A DNA stretch of 64,000 bases from NCBI GenBank assembly GCA_963828525.1, contig CAWHEP010000007.1:32001-96000 (forward strand). The letters are read 5' to 3'. Origin of the DNA: an uncultured Verrucomicrobiae bacterium. GTDB lineage: Bacteria; Verrucomicrobiota; Verrucomicrobiia; Chthoniobacterales; Chthoniobacteraceae. Both the position numbers and the translations under genes were made by a program. Positions 62,701-64,000 of the stretch are shown here, piece after piece (within the stretch, counting starts at the first letter, position 1; each line of letters begins with the position of its first letter). A model generated the notes under the pieces. That model was given only the letters and a program-made list of their open reading frames with translations. It was not told where the DNA came from and did no database searches.

Positions 62701-64000
62701 TCCCCGCCGCCTCCGGCCATCACCAGTTCGTTCACCCTTACTGGTACCGCCCTCAGCAGCTTCAGCTATACCATCAGGGCGGCCAACAGCCCTACCTCTT
62801 TCAATGCGATCAACCTGCCCTTGGGCCTCAGCCTCAATTCCACCACTGGCGTGATTTCCGGAACGCCACTGCTCTCCGGTACCTTCTCCTTCTATGTCAC
62901 CGCGACCAACCAGTACGGGACAGCCAGTGATCCGTTCTCACTCACGGTCAACATCCCCGTGCCCACGGCCCCGACGGATCTCGCCGCGACGGCGTGGGAC
63001 GGCCAGGTCGATCTGATCTGGGACGCTCCGTATGACGCCACCGGATACAATGTCCTCCGGGCAACCTCGGCCGCGCGGACCCTACAGCGTCATCGCGTCG
63101 AATGTGACGACCAACTATTACAGCGACAAGACCGTGGTCGATGGTTCCACGTACTACTACGAGGTAAACGCCTACAACAGCAGCGGGAACCGGACCGGCT
63201 TCGGGTTCGGTCATGGCGACGCCGGTCTGCTCTGGGAATCAACGCCTGGCAGTACGGTGATATCGGCGCGGTCGGATTGGCCGGCAGCCCATCCTACGCG
63301 AGCGGCACGTATACCGTTGCCGGGTCGGGGAGTGACATTTGGGGTACGGCCGATGCCTTCCAGTTCAACTGCCAGGAAATGACGGGCGACGGGGCCATCG
63401 TGGCCCGCGTGGTCTCGGTCCAGAATACCAGCGCTCGGCAAAGGCGGGCGTCATGATGCGCGACGCGCTTACGCCCGGTCGCCGCAAACGTCGCCATCCT
63501 GGTGACCCCTGGCTACGGCGTAAACAGCCAATGGCGCACCGACGGATGGCGGGTCCACCAGCCAGACCACACAGCGGGTTGACTGCGCCTTACTGGGTCA
63601 AACTGGTCCGCGCCGGCAATGTCTTCACCACCTACTACTCGCCCGATGGCGTGACCTGGACGCAAGCAAGCAGTCCCAGACCATCTCCATGCCCAGCACC
63701 ATCTACGTCGGGCTGGCGGTAACGGCGAAGGACAACTCGGCCCTCTGCACCGCGACGTTCGATAACGTGAACATCCTGCCCAGCGCGGCATGGTCCGCGA
63801 TAGACATCGGTTCCCCGTCCATCCGCGGATTTACCAGTTGGAGCAACGGCGTGTTGACCATGAACGATGCCTCCGGAGGGGATATCTGCGGTCACACTCA
63901 GACAAATTCCGCTACGTCTACCAGCCGGCAAGTGGTGACTGCACCATCACGGCCAAAGTGACCGGCGGTGGAGGCTGATCAACAGCGGGTCCAAGGCAGG
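56800..64000 (+). CDS. Very large secreted multidomain protein: PL4 rhamnogalacturonan lyase-like region, ricin-like lectin, putative-Ig repeats, beta-sandwich (DUF1349-like) repeats and FN3; heavily frameshifted, 3'-partial
   Basis: MDNGI, LRQGDTGVYTY, DTKY, KVYGP.LLYMN, WADA..QA..EKAAWPYSW, YWV; repeated SASGLP.GL..N..TG.ISGTP; G.DIW...D.F and WVKLVR.GN.FT...S.DGV.W repeats. Confidence 0.8.

Overview
GC-rich bacterial chromosomal DNA, most likely Verrucomicrobiota (inferred from the L28 sequence type, a PEP-CTERM protein, T5SS/PEP-CTERM-type repeats and a PQQ-sugar-dehydrogenase/cytochrome c fusion). The left half is mostly housekeeping: xseA, glcF-like, glgE, amgK/murU-like, a COG0523 GTPase, rpmB, PBP1A and fur-family regulator-sufCBD. 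The right half is accessory: an autotransporter, a PEP-CTERM protein, a YhcG nuclease, phage debris, a GH38 mannosidase, an RcnA-like exporter and a very large PL4-lyase/Ig-repeat protein. About seven intact or decayed toxin-antitoxin loci are scattered across the window. Many conserved genes carry single-base frameshifts, most simply explained by uncorrected sequencing indels. The main signals missing from the ORF track are five. (1) Two diverged copies of a 37-aa basic microprotein gene, differing mostly at synonymous sites, bracket a ~13 kb island. (2) A HigBA islet is flanked by a ~200 bp duplication of the xseA 3' end. (3) A 271-bp CTAG-flanked MITE sits on the glgE stop codon. (4) 22-bp-periodic palindromes lie at an AAA/DUF4143 ATPase, with an orphan copy 950 bp away. 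(5) A decayed tRNA 5' half lies next to phage remnants. Cargo bracketed by diverged direct repeats recurs several times with no integrase in the window. All family calls are from motif recognition; no database searches were run.
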